Shown here: in pieces, positions 30,978 through 40,427 of the stretch
How the letters are laid out: the number at the start of each line of letters is the position of its first letter
Numbering within the stretch: position 1 is the first letter of the stretch
NCBI GenBank assembly: GCA_963663545.1
Contig: OY760505.1
Location: 992,001-1,056,000, forward strand
Direction of reading: 5' to 3'
DNA length: 64,000 nucleotides
Source: Candidatus Delongbacteria bacterium
GTDB taxonomy: Bacteria; CAIWAD01
Made by a program: the position numbers and the translations under genes
The notes under the pieces: generated by a model
The model's input: only the letters and a program-made list of their open reading frames with translations
Database searches by the model: none
What the model was told of the DNA's origin: nothing

Positions 30978-31973
30978 ATGAACCTCAAGACGGGCAAGTT
31001 GCTTTGTTGCACCACCGCAATGCTGCTTGGTCCGAGCCTGCTCTATTCCGCCCCAATTGCGTTCACGGGTGATGTGCCGACGGATTTCGCCGCCACACCG
31101 GTTTCGCAGATCATTGCCGACGGTCTGGATATCCCGATGCCAGACGGGCTGATCAGTGGTTGGGACATCAACAACGTCTACGTATCCTACAGTGACACCG
31201 AAGATCTGCTTCAGATCGGCATGGATTTCTTTGGGATTGCAGGCGACGTGGATGGCGATGGAATTGACGGACACTCGGCTGACTGGCTGATTGCACACAA
31301 TGGACAAGATGCCCCTTATCTGGGTGGCGCAGAGTCCATTTCGATCATTTTCGATTTCGATCAGGATCTGACCTATGATCTGATCGCGGGCGTACCGATG
31401 ATTGTTGATGCAAGCGGGTATGTAGTAGCGGACTTCATCGGTCCCGATTACATGCAGTCCATCGGCTTCGGGCCTTCCATGCCGTATTATGATGGTGGAC
31501 ACTTCTACGCGCCTGTTACAGAGACGCCTGATTTCGAGCTGTCCATTGCTCATTTCTCGGAATTGGACGAGAAGCTGGATGACAGCTACTGCTTTAACTT
31601 CCGCATTGTTGCGGGTGCCGGTGGCGGCTTCGACAATGGTATTGGCGAAGATATCGTCTTTGGAACCCTCTGCATCGAGGATAAGGAAGTTGCTTTCGCT
31701 GAAGCGCCCAGCACAATTGAGTTGCTGCAAGTCTGGCCCAACCCCTTCAACCCGACAACGACCGTGCACTTCTCATTGGCTGAGACAACTCAGGCCAGTC
31801 TGAGGGTCTACGATCTGACGGGGCGTGAAGTGGCTGTGTTGGTCGATGGTTTGACGGCTTCCGGCGAGCATCAGGTCAGCTTCTCCGGTAGCGATCTTGC
31901 CAGCGGCATCTACTTGGCGGTACTGCAGACCGAGACCGATACCCAGGTCCAGCGTCTGACCCTGCTCAAGTAG
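30978..31973 (+). CDS. Secreted acidic protein with C-terminal T9SS-A/FlgD-like domain
   Basis: ATG 30978 after AGGAGG; DVDGDG Ca-binding-like motif; WPNPFNPTT...ASGIY...LTLLK. Confidence 0.8.
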   Translation: MNLKTGKLLCCTTAMLLGPSLLYSAPIAFTGDVPTDFAATPVSQIIADGLDIPMPDGLISGWDINNVYVSYSDTEDLLQIGMDFFGIAGDVDGDGIDGHSADWLIAHNGQDAPYLGGAESISIIFDFDQDLTYDLIAGVPMIVDASGYVVADFIGPDYMQSIGFGPSMPYYDGGHFYAPVTETPDFELSIAHFSELDEKLDDSYCFNFRIVAGAGGGFDNGIGEDIVFGTLCIEDKEVAFAEAPSTIELLQVWPNPFNPTTTVHFSLAETTQASLRVYDLTGREVAVLVDGLTASGEHQVSFSGSDLASGIYLAVLQTETDTQVQRLTLLK

Positions 31974-31995
31974 CACTCTACTATTAGAATGCACA

Positions 31996-32030
31996 GGGGA
32001 TCGCCTGCAAAGGGGGTCCCCTTTTTCTTT
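31996..32030 (+). terminator. Intrinsic terminator
   Basis: GGGATCGCCT-GCAA-AGGGGGTCCC hairpin followed by CTTTTTCTTT. Confidence 0.7.
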
Positions 32031-32187
32031 CCAGGGCTCCGACACTTGTCTACCCCTGCGGTCGGCACAGGTCTGCGCACAAATAGCCCGCGCAGCGCAG
32101 TATAGGAGTACTTGAATGTTCTGTCCAACGAATCACCAATCAAATGATTGCAATATCAGCATTTACGATAGATCCAGGCAAAGAGAT

Positions 32188-32216
32188 TGGACAGAACTTC
32201 TGAGTACTCCTATAAC
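32188..32216 (+). promoter_or_regulatory. Sigma70-like promoter with no downstream CDS
   Basis: TGGACA-N17-TATAAC, in an intergenic region between convergent genes. Confidence 0.45.
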
Positions 32217-32222
32217 CTCATT

Positions 32223-32335
32223 CGTCGTCGATCCTGTTGCCGGAGGGCTCAGCGCAACCTGACGATGCACTCGTAGCAGGGAATGCCGGTACAAGACACC
32301 TGGCGTTTGCTTCGCATCCGGCACCCGACAGGCAA
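32223..32335 (+). ncRNA. Candidate structured small RNA (family unassigned)
   Basis: Follows the promoter-like sequence; CCTGT-TGCCGGA (32233-32244) can pair with TCCGGCA..ACAGG (32317-32332); inner stem AATGCCGG/CTGGCGTT. Confidence 0.3.
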
Positions 32336-32368
32336 ACAAAAGCCCCGGATCCATCACGGACCCGGGGC
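32334..32368 (-). terminator. Intrinsic terminator of the nuo-ogt-antiporter unit
   Basis: GCCCCGG...CCGGGGC stem with AAACAAAA on its left (U-rich on the minus strand), 25 bp past the stop at 32394. Confidence 0.75.
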
Positions 32369-32393
32369 CTGGCAGTCAAGAACGAAAGCGGAT

Positions 32394-33989
32394 CTAGAAG
32401 AAGATCAGCGTATCAAGAATGAAGACTGGAATCAGGATTCCCACCGACCACAACATGTAGCCGAAGAAGCTGGGCATTTTGACGCCGCGCTGCTCCGCAA
32501 TGGATTTCACCATGAAGTTGGGCGCGTTGCCGATGTAGGTGTTGGCACCCATGAATACCGCGCCGCAGCTGATGGCGAGCAAAGTGGTGGCGCCTTCCAT
32601 CAACAAGGGCACGGCCTGCGCTTCGGCCATTCCGGGGAATTGCTGGCCCAGCGCGGTGTTGAAGAAGGTGAGGTAGGTGGGGGCATTGTCCAGGAAGGAG
32701 GACAAAGCGCCCGTGACCCAGAAATAGCTCGCCGTGTCGCTGACCCGCTCCACAATGAAGCCCAAGGCACCTTCGGTACCGGCACGTAGGATTTCCAGTG
32801 CGGGAATGATGGTCATGAAAATGCCAGCGAAGACATAGGCCACTTCCTGAATGGGGAACCAGTTGAACTCGTTGGCCTCGCGGGTCGCCTTGGCGGTCAG
32901 CTTAAGGGAAACCCAGGCCATGAGCAGAATGAACAAATCGCGAACCAGGTTGATGTACGGCAGCACCAGCGGGTGGGCGCCCCCCATCAGCGTAATGCCC
33001 TTGGCAGCGTGATGCGCCTGATCGTAGAAGGCGGGGTGATGATTGAAGGAGCCCGAGAAGATCACGGCACCCACAATGCCCAGCAACATCAGGAAGTTGA
33101 TGCCGCCTTCAAGACGCAGGGGATCCTTTTCGCCCTCGTCACTGATCTGCTCCTTCTTCATCAGCACGGTGTCGATGATAAAGAACACCACCAGCAACAC
33201 GACCACGTTGACGAGCATGGGCATGAAGCAGCGCAGGGTCCAGAAGAACTTGACGCCATGCAGGAAGCCCAAGAAAAGCGGAGGATCGCCAATGGGCGTC
33301 AGCGAGCCACCGATGTTGGCGACAAGGAAGATGAAGAAGATGACCGAATGCACGCGATAACGGCGCTTCTCATTGCTCTTGAGCAGCGGACGGATGAGCA
33401 GCATGGCGCTGCCGGTGGTACCGATCCAGCTTGACAGCAGTGTGCCGATGAGCAGAATGCCCGTGTTGACAATGGGCGTACCCGCCAATTTTCCCTTGAC
33501 CGCAATGCCACCGGCAACCGTGAACAGGCCGAACAACAGAATGATGAAAGGAATGTAATCCACCACGTAGATGTGTAGAATGGCGTGCAGGGCCGTGTGG
33601 GTACCGTAGGCAATCCAGAAGGGGACCGCGAAGAGCAGTGCCCAGAAGGCGGCCACTTTGCCGAAGTTATGATGATAGAAATGCGGTTTGGCCAGCGGAA
33701 TAACTGCGATGGAAAGCAGGATGCCCACAAAGGGGATCACACTCCACAAGGGCAGGCGCTGTCCAAGTGGCAACTCGTGCGTCTCGCCATCGTGCAGACT
33801 GCCGTGAGCCTGCTCGTGTTCCTGCGCATGAGTGTCCACCTGCTGATGATCGCCACCTTCACCGGCGTGCTCTACGTGCACATTCTGTGCATGTTCTTCT
33901 GCCGCCAGCAGGGATGCATTTCCGCTGTTGCCCAGCAGGGGCAGAAACAGCAACAGAGCCACGCACCACAAGGGTATCAGACGCTTCAT
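32394..33989 (-). CDS. Putative Na+/H+ antiporter / ion transporter (IT superfamily), His-rich N-terminal extension
   Basis: IGTTGSAMLLIRP, FIFLVANIGGSLTPIGDPPLFLGFL, LSSFLDNAPTY, TYIGNAPNFMVK; ATG 33989 with GGAGG, ATGA overlap with ogt. Confidence 0.85.
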   Translation of the reverse strand: MKRLIPLWCVALLLFLPLLGNSGNASLLAAEEHAQNVHVEHAGEGGDHQQVDTHAQEHEQAHGSLHDGETHELPLGQRLPLWSVIPFVGILLSIAVIPLAKPHFYHHNFGKVAAFWALLFAVPFWIAYGTHTALHAILHIYVVDYIPFIILLFGLFTVAGGIAVKGKLAGTPIVNTGILLIGTLLSSWIGTTGSAMLLIRPLLKSNEKRRYRVHSVIFFIFLVANIGGSLTPIGDPPLFLGFLHGVKFFWTLRCFMPMLVNVVVLLVVFFIIDTVLMKKEQISDEGEKDPLRLEGGINFLMLLGIVGAVIFSGSFNHHPAFYDQAHHAAKGITLMGGAHPLVLPYINLVRDLFILLMAWVSLKLTAKATREANEFNWFPIQEVAYVFAGIFMTIIPALEILRAGTEGALGFIVERVSDTASYFWVTGALSSFLDNAPTYLTFFNTALGQQFPGMAEAQAVPLLMEGATTLLAISCGAVFMGANTYIGNAPNFMVKSIAEQRGVKMPSFFGYMLWSVGILIPVFILDTLIFF

Positions 33990-34555
33990 GAATCCTCCCG
34001 TCTCCATAAATCGAACACCTGACGCTGCCAGCCCTCATGAGCCAGCAAACGGGCCTTCCACTCCAAGCCCAATGCAAATCCGCCCACTCCACCGTTGTGA
34101 TACACAACGCGGTGACAGGGAAGCAGAATCGGCAAGGGATTGGCTCCCACCGCACCCGCCACGGCACGAACCGCAGTAGGGCAACTCAGTTTTCCGGCCA
34201 GATCAGCGTAGCTCAGTTGTTCTCCAAAGGGGATCTGAGCCAGTGCCAGCCAGACTTGCTGCTGAAAGAGCGTGCCGTAAAGTCGCAAAACCTTTTGGCT
34301 GGTCCACTGTTTAGCGCTGAAATAGTCGTCAAACCACGATTGTATCACAGCGGGAGTATCACAGTGATACACCTGGTGCGATCCAAGCCGTTTGAGAAAG
34401 CCCTTTGCTGGGCGCTGACGTATTTCCGGGCACTTGTACTTTGGTGCCAGCCAAATTGGATAGGTCGCGCCATCCTCATCTCGCTCAAACCAGAGCGAAA
34501 GAGGCCCGAATGGACATTCCACCTGGGCCTCGAAAATGTCTTTTGTGTGATTCAT
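33986..34555 (-). CDS. ogt: Methylated-DNA-protein-cysteine S-methyltransferase
   Basis: GTLFQQQVW..IPFGE..SY..LA..AVRAVAGA..NPL..PCHRV. Confidence 0.9.
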   Translation of the reverse strand: MNHTKDIFEAQVECPFGPLSLWFERDEDGATYPIWLAPKYKCPEIRQRPAKGFLKRLGSHQVYHCDTPAVIQSWFDDYFSAKQWTSQKVLRLYGTLFQQQVWLALAQIPFGEQLSYADLAGKLSCPTAVRAVAGAVGANPLPILLPCHRVVYHNGGVGGFALGLEWKARLLAHEGWQRQVFDLWRREDS

Positions 34556-34584
34556 CCTACTCCTCTACGGAGTCGAAGACACAT

Positions 34585-36015
34585 CTACAGCGTGATACTT
34601 CCGCAGAGTTCCAACCATAGCCCCGGCCAAATGCCCAGCACAAGCAAGGCGATGCCCGCTAGACTGGCCGTTACCAGCAATCCGCGGTCGAAGGGCAAGG
34701 TCTGAATTTCCTGCTCAGAATCACGGAACCAGGCAAAGACCACGACACGCAAGTAGTAGTACACGCTGAGCACACTCGCCAGAATACCCAGGACGGCCAA
34801 GCCGGTGTAGCGTAATTCCACCGCAGATGAAAAGAGCCAGAACTTGCCGAGGAAACCAGCCAAGGGCGGAATGCCCGCCAGCGACAACAGAAATACGGTC
34901 AAGAGCACGGCCACCCATGGATGACGCCGCCCCAGGCCGCGAACCTCTTCAATGTGATAGCTGCCGCCGCCCTCGCGTGTTACTTCTGCTGCGAGCAGAA
35001 AGAGACTAACGTTGGCCAGCGCGTAGGGTAGCAGATAGAACAGCACCGCCTGCAGGCCTTCGCCAGTGGCAACGGTGAGTCCAAGTGTCAGATAACCAGC
35101 GTGTGCTACAGCCGACCAGCCCAGCATGCGCTTTACGTTGTCCTGCGGCAGAGCGATAAGGTTGCCCACAACCATCGTCAATGCGGCCGCCACCGCCAAC
35201 AAGAGCATCCACCACGCCTGCTGTCCTTCGAGGCCAGCGATCAGCAAGCGACCGAAACCGGCGAAAGCCGCCGCCTTGGCTGCCGTACTCATGAAAGCAG
35301 TCACGGGAGCGCTGCTACCCTGATAGACATCGGGCACCCACTGATGGAAAGGCACTGCGCCCACTTTGAAGAGCAGGCCAGCCAGCACCAGTACGAGTCC
35401 ACCAGCAGCGGCGGGATCCATACCGCTCTGCGCCAGGCCTTGGCTTAGCCCTGCAAACCGTAGCGTACCGGAAGCGGCAAAGAGCAAGGCCATGCCAAAC
35501 AGAAGCAGCGCGCTGGCAAAAGATCCGGTAATGAAATACTTGATGGCAGCCTCGCGCCCGCTCAGGCGTCCCGCCAGCAGTCCTGCCATGCCGTAAAGGG
35601 CAAGGGAAAGCACTTCGATGCCGAGAAACAAAGTGACCAGATCGCCGGCAGACGCCAGCGCCAGCATTCCCGCTGCGGCAAACAGACTCAGGCCGTGATA
35701 CTCGGTCTGCGGTAAATGACGTCGACGGATCGCACCGTCAGCGGCCACTTGCAACATGAGTAATACAATCAGCACCACCAGGCGTGCAGCCGTGCTAAGC
35801 GCGTCCAGGCTCGCAGAACCCGCCATTGCCGGGCCCCCGGAACCTAGGGGATGCAGGCTGACGCCTAGTGCAACCAGAGTGATCAGCAAGGCTACCAGAC
35901 GTGGCAGCTGTGACTCCGCACGACTAAAGGCACCCACAAGCAAAAGCAGCAACCCGCCGCCGGCCAGCAGGAATTCCGGCATCAAGCCGGGCAGATTCAT
36001 TTGCATCCAATCCAT
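34585..36015 (-). CDS. nuoN: NADH-quinone oxidoreductase subunit N
   Basis: EAAIKYF, FKVGAVPFHQWVPDVYQG, KRMLGWS, LSLAGIPPLAGFLGK. Confidence 0.93.
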   Translation of the reverse strand: MDWMQMNLPGLMPEFLLAGGGLLLLLVGAFSRAESQLPRLVALLITLVALGVSLHPLGSGGPAMAGSASLDALSTAARLVVLIVLLMLQVAADGAIRRRHLPQTEYHGLSLFAAAGMLALASAGDLVTLFLGIEVLSLALYGMAGLLAGRLSGREAAIKYFITGSFASALLLFGMALLFAASGTLRFAGLSQGLAQSGMDPAAAGGLVLVLAGLLFKVGAVPFHQWVPDVYQGSSAPVTAFMSTAAKAAAFAGFGRLLIAGLEGQQAWWMLLLAVAAALTMVVGNLIALPQDNVKRMLGWSAVAHAGYLTLGLTVATGEGLQAVLFYLLPYALANVSLFLLAAEVTREGGGSYHIEEVRGLGRRHPWVAVLLTVFLLSLAGIPPLAGFLGKFWLFSSAVELRYTGLAVLGILASVLSVYYYLRVVVFAWFRDSEQEIQTLPFDRGLLVTASLAGIALLVLGIWPGLWLELCGSITL

Positions 36016-36091
36016 GCGATTCTCTCGTCCTTTTTCGTCGCAGGCTCCGGTACTCGTATCACACATCTACCCGTGATACGTACTCGCACTC

Positions 36092-37573
36092 CTACTGCAG
36101 CATCTGCAGCGTGGCTGACACGGCGGGCTCAATTCGCTCAAGTAGCGGATCAGGCCAAACGCCCAGTACGAGCATCAGCAACATCAGCGGTACAAAGACC
36201 AGCCATTCACGCAGATTCAGATCGCCAAGGGCAGAGTTCTTGGGATTGTCCAGCGGCCCGAAGAGCACACGCTGCACCATCCACAGCAGATAAACTGCGG
36301 CGAAGATTACACCGGTTGCGGCCAAGCTGGCGGCCATCGGGTGACTCTGGAACGCACCCAGCAGCGTAAGGAACTCGCCGACGAATCCGTTGAGTCCAGG
36401 CAGACCGATTGAGGCCAGCGCCAGAAAGACCAAGACAAACGCGTAGCCGGGCATGGATCGCGCAAGACCACCGAACTCGGCAATCATGCGCGTGTGACGC
36501 CGCTCGTAGATTACGCCAACGGCAAGAAAGAGCGCGCCGGTGGTGATACCATGATTGACCATTTGTAACACGGCACCGCTGGCTCCCTGGCTGTTGAGCG
36601 CGAATAGACCGAGTGTCACAAAACCCATGTGTGACACAGAACTATACGCCACCAGTTTCTTCATGTCCTGCTGGACAATCGAGACCCAGGCACCGTAGAG
36701 AATGCCGATTACGGACAAGGCCACCAAGAGCGGCAATGCGGCGTGTAGTGCGTCGGGGAACAGCGGCATGGCGAAGCGCAACAGGCCGTACGTGCCCATT
36801 TTCAGTAACACACCCGCCAGAATCACACTGCCACCGGTGGGCGCTTCAACGTGCGCATCCGGCAACCAGGTGTGAAAGGGAAACATGGGCACCTTGATGG
36901 CGAAGGCCAGCACAAAGGCGGCCAGCAGCCAGCGCTGCAAACCGGGGGCGAGCACATTGTAGCGGTAGATCTCTAGCAGGTTGAAGCTGTGGCCCCCCGC
37001 GGGCAGATGCGTGTTCCAATAGAGAAACAAGATGGCGATGAGCATCAGCACCGAACCGGCCATGGTGTAGAGGAAGAATTTCACCGCTGCATAAATGCGG
37101 CGTTGTCCACCCCAGATACCGATGAGGAAATACATCGGGATCAGCACCAGCTCCCAGAAGACATAGAACAGAATCAGATCCAGCGCAACGAAAACACCGA
37201 CCATACCCACGGTTAGCAAAAAGAACATGGCGAGGTAGGCTTTCAGGTGACGCTCCTCGCGCCAGGTGCCCACAATAACCACGGGAAGCAGCAGCGTTGT
37301 CAGCAACACCAGCATCAGGCTGATGCCATCAAGGCCCATGTGGAATTGGGCATGTAACACAGGCAGCCATTCGGCTTGTATCACAAACTGCATGTGACCC
37401 GCATCCGCCACCGAGAAGGCCGTCCACAGCGGTATGGATAGCCCGAACTCGACGAGCCCCAGCAGCAGCGCCGTCCAGCGTAGAAGTCCTTTCGCGCTGG
37501 CTGGCATTAACAACAGAATCAGCATTGCCAGCAGGGGAAAGAAGGTTACCAGAGGCAGGATATACTCGCTCAT
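36092..37573 (-). CDS. nuoM: NADH-quinone oxidoreductase subunit M
   Basis: GLDGISL, FYVFWE, KVPMFPFHTWLPDAHVEAP, LLKMGTYG, AYSSVSHMG. Confidence 0.95.
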   Translation of the reverse strand: MSEYILPLVTFFPLLAMLILLLMPASAKGLLRWTALLLGLVEFGLSIPLWTAFSVADAGHMQFVIQAEWLPVLHAQFHMGLDGISLMLVLLTTLLLPVVIVGTWREERHLKAYLAMFFLLTVGMVGVFVALDLILFYVFWELVLIPMYFLIGIWGGQRRIYAAVKFFLYTMAGSVLMLIAILFLYWNTHLPAGGHSFNLLEIYRYNVLAPGLQRWLLAAFVLAFAIKVPMFPFHTWLPDAHVEAPTGGSVILAGVLLKMGTYGLLRFAMPLFPDALHAALPLLVALSVIGILYGAWVSIVQQDMKKLVAYSSVSHMGFVTLGLFALNSQGASGAVLQMVNHGITTGALFLAVGVIYERRHTRMIAEFGGLARSMPGYAFVLVFLALASIGLPGLNGFVGEFLTLLGAFQSHPMAASLAATGVIFAAVYLLWMVQRVLFGPLDNPKNSALGDLNLREWLVFVPLMLLMLVLGVWPDPLLERIEPAVSATLQMLQ

Positions 37574-37592
37574 GATTGCGTCCCGTTTTGGC

Positions 37593-39563
37593 TCAGAAAC
37601 AGCAGATCCAGGCCAGGGCCAAGGCGGCCCCTGCAGCCATCACCGTTAAATAGACGGGCAATGTACCAGCCTGCGTCACTCTTGTTGCACGGCCGAGTCG
37701 TGCACACAATGCAGCAGTACCATTGACAGCTCCATCTATTACTGCAACATCCACGAATTTCCAGCAGGCAGTGCAGAGTTGATGAACAGGACGTATCACG
37801 GCACCCTCATACAACTCGTCGACGTACCATTTGTGATACAAGACCGCTGCAAGTCCGCGTGTCGGCTCTGCAAGTTTGGGTTGCTGTCCGTACTTGCGCC
37901 GTGCGAGCCATAAACCACCCAACGCCACCACAACCGACAACAGCATCAGCCCCCATTCAAGGGAAGCGCTTCCGTGAGCAGAGTGGCCGTGAAGATGCTC
38001 AGCATGCGCAAAGACCGGCTCTAACCAGATTTCGAAGCGATTGCCCATGTGGGCAAAATCGAGGATGTGCGGGAGTCCCCAGAATCCGGCGATGGTGGAC
38101 AAAACAGCCAGCACCATCAGCGGGAAGGTCATAACCAAGGGATTCTCGTGCAGGTGTTTGTCCTCGCCGGGCTTGCCGCGATGCTTGCCGGTAAAAGTCA
38201 GAATGAGCAAGCGGAACATGTAGAAGCTGGTGAGAGCGGCTGTGATCAGCGCGATAGCGTAAAGGAACCAATGTCCTCGTGCAAAGGCCTGCCAGAGAAT
38301 CTCATCTTTCGAGAAGAAGCCAGCAAAAGGCGGAATGCCCGTAATGGCCAAAGTACCCGCCAGGAAAGTCCAGTACGTGATGGGCATGTGACACCGCAAT
38401 CCGCCCATATTGCGCATATCCTGTGGATCACGCTTGTGATCGCCGACCTCGTGATACACATGATGCATAGCATGAATCACGGCACCGGCTCCAAGGAAGA
38501 GCAGGGCTTTGAAAAAGGCATGTGTCACTACATGGAACAGGCCGGTTGAAAAGGCTCCTACTCCCATTGCCAGGAACATATAACCGAGCTGTGACACAGT
38601 GGAGTATGCCAGCACTTTCTTGATATCGTACTGCGTCAGTGCAATGGTGGCCGCAAAGAGCGCCGTCAAGGCCCCTACAACGGCCACCGTTGTCATGGCA
38701 AGGGGCGACAGCAGAAAGATCAAATGCGTGCGCGCCAGCAGATAGAGGCCAGCGGTTACCATGGTTGCGGCGTGAATCAATGCGCTAACGGGCGTGGGGC
38801 CAGCCATGGCGTCCGGAAGCCAGACGTAGAGTGGAATCTGCGCACTCTTGCCCGTCGCGCCCAGAAAGAGCAGCAACGCTACCGCAGTTGGCAACCAGTG
38901 GCCAACGTGGAAGTGCGCGATCGCATCGTTAATGGCAGGATAATCGAGTACGTGCAGATGTTTGAAGAGGAAGAACATGGCGAGCAGGAAGCCGAAATCG
39001 CCAATGCGGTTGACGATGAAAGCCTTCTTACCAGCACTGGCCTTGGCCTTGTCTTCGAACCAGAAGCCGATGAGCAGATAGGAGCAAAGCCCGACGCCTT
39101 CCCAGCCCAGGAAAGTGACCAGCAGATTGCCTCCCAGCACCAGCGTCAACATGCTGAAGCAGAACAGGTTGAGGTAGGCAAAATAGCGTGCGAACCCGCT
39201 GTCGCCCTTCATGTAGCCGATGCTGTAAAGGTGAATCAGCGTGGCAACACCTGTCACGAACAGCAGATAGACCATGGAGAGCGGATCAAGCAGAAGCGTC
39301 CACTGCAGCGAGAGCGAGCCGACGCTGATCCAGTCGGCGACATGCACTAGAATCTCTCTGGATTCCACAGGGAGCGCGCTCAGTCGCCCGAACAGAAGCA
39401 AGGAAAGCGCAAAAGAGGCGCCCACGGCACACGTAGCCAGCAGCCCACTGAGGGTATGCCCGAGCTTCCTGCCGACCAATGCATTTAGTGCGGCACCAGC
39501 CAGAGGCAAGAGCGGCACCAGCAACAGCAGGGTGGTCATACTGGAAGTATCGATGTGTTCCAT
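37593..39563 (-). CDS. nuoL: NADH-quinone oxidoreductase subunit L
   Basis: GWEGVGLCSYLLIGFW, GKSAQIPLYVWLPDAMAGPTPVSALIHAATMV, HAFFKALLFL. Confidence 0.96.
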   Translation of the reverse strand: MEHIDTSSMTTLLLLVPLLPLAGAALNALVGRKLGHTLSGLLATCAVGASFALSLLLFGRLSALPVESREILVHVADWISVGSLSLQWTLLLDPLSMVYLLFVTGVATLIHLYSIGYMKGDSGFARYFAYLNLFCFSMLTLVLGGNLLVTFLGWEGVGLCSYLLIGFWFEDKAKASAGKKAFIVNRIGDFGFLLAMFFLFKHLHVLDYPAINDAIAHFHVGHWLPTAVALLLFLGATGKSAQIPLYVWLPDAMAGPTPVSALIHAATMVTAGLYLLARTHLIFLLSPLAMTTVAVVGALTALFAATIALTQYDIKKVLAYSTVSQLGYMFLAMGVGAFSTGLFHVVTHAFFKALLFLGAGAVIHAMHHVYHEVGDHKRDPQDMRNMGGLRCHMPITYWTFLAGTLAITGIPPFAGFFSKDEILWQAFARGHWFLYAIALITAALTSFYMFRLLILTFTGKHRGKPGEDKHLHENPLVMTFPLMVLAVLSTIAGFWGLPHILDFAHMGNRFEIWLEPVFAHAEHLHGHSAHGSASLEWGLMLLSVVVALGGLWLARRKYGQQPKLAEPTRGLAAVLYHKWYVDELYEGAVIRPVHQLCTACWKFVDVAVIDGAVNGTAALCARLGRATRVTQAGTLPVYLTVMAAGAALALAWICCF

Positions 39564-39584
39564 CCCGGTATCCTGTTTGTCTAA

Positions 39585-39890
39585 CTAGTGCCTGAAATAC
39601 TTGATGCGGTCGATGTGACTGCTACCATGCCGGCGAACGAGTAGAACGACCAACGCCAGTCCCACTGCCACTTCAGCAGCAGCCACAGTCATGGAAAAGA
39701 AGGCCAACAACTGACCGTCCATGGAAGCGTGATAGCGCGCTGCGGCGATTAGCAGCAGATTGGAAGCGTTCAGCATCAGTTCGACACCCATCAGCACGAC
39801 CAACATGTTGCGACGAACCAACACGGCAATGGCACCCGTGCCAAAAAGCATGATTGCCAGCAGCATGAAGTGTTTAAGTCCCAGCATCAT
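39585..39890 (-). CDS. nuoK: NADH-quinone oxidoreductase subunit K
   Basis: RRN..LMGVELMLNA, GQLLAFF, VAAAEVAVGLA. Confidence 0.93.
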   Translation of the reverse strand: MMLGLKHFMLLAIMLFGTGAIAVLVRRNMLVVLMGVELMLNASNLLLIAAARYHASMDGQLLAFFSMTVAAAEVAVGLALVVLLVRRHGSSHIDRIKYFRH

Positions 39891-40411
39891 CAGGCTTCAC
39901 CTCCTGGTTTGGCGTGCCTGGCATGGCGGGCAAGAGCCAGCGCAGCAATCATGGCAACCAGCAGCAAGATGCCGGCAAGCTCAAAGGGCCACAACCACCG
40001 TTGGTACAGCAGGCTGCCAAAAGCCTCTACAGTGCCGAAGCCCTCCTGCAACACGGCGCTAGGCAGTAGGCCGATTCCCCGCAGAGTCCCGGCCAACGCG
40101 ACCATCAGGCCAGCGCCCACCAGCGCAAAGAACCAGCGTCGTTTTGGGTAGGGTAGGCGTACGCCGGGAAGGGTCCCGCGCAGGTCAAGCAGCATCATCA
40201 CGAAGAGGAAGAGCACAAGTACAGCGCCCGCATAGACAAGCAGTTGCACTACAGCCAGGAACCAGGCGTGCAGCAGCAGGTAGTGTCCGGCCAAAGCAAT
40301 CATGGTCAGCAGCAGGGCCAGTGCACAATCCACAGGGCTCCGCCGCACAACCACCAGCACGGCCCCGGTCAGGGCCAAAAGGCTGAGCAGCCAGAAAAGC
40401 AAGACCTCCAA
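39890..40411 (-). CDS. nuoJ: NADH-quinone oxidoreductase subunit J
   Basis: TTG start at 40411 after AGGAG; QLLVYAGAVLVLFLFVMMLL, PFELAGILLLVA. Confidence 0.9.
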   Translation of the reverse strand: MEVLLFWLLSLLALTGAVLVVVRRSPVDCALALLLTMIALAGHYLLLHAWFLAVVQLLVYAGAVLVLFLFVMMLLDLRGTLPGVRLPYPKRRWFFALVGAGLMVALAGTLRGIGLLPSAVLQEGFGTVEAFGSLLYQRWLWPFELAGILLLVAMIAALALARHARHAKPGGEA

Positions 40412-40427
40412 GGCAGTCTCCTTTTGC

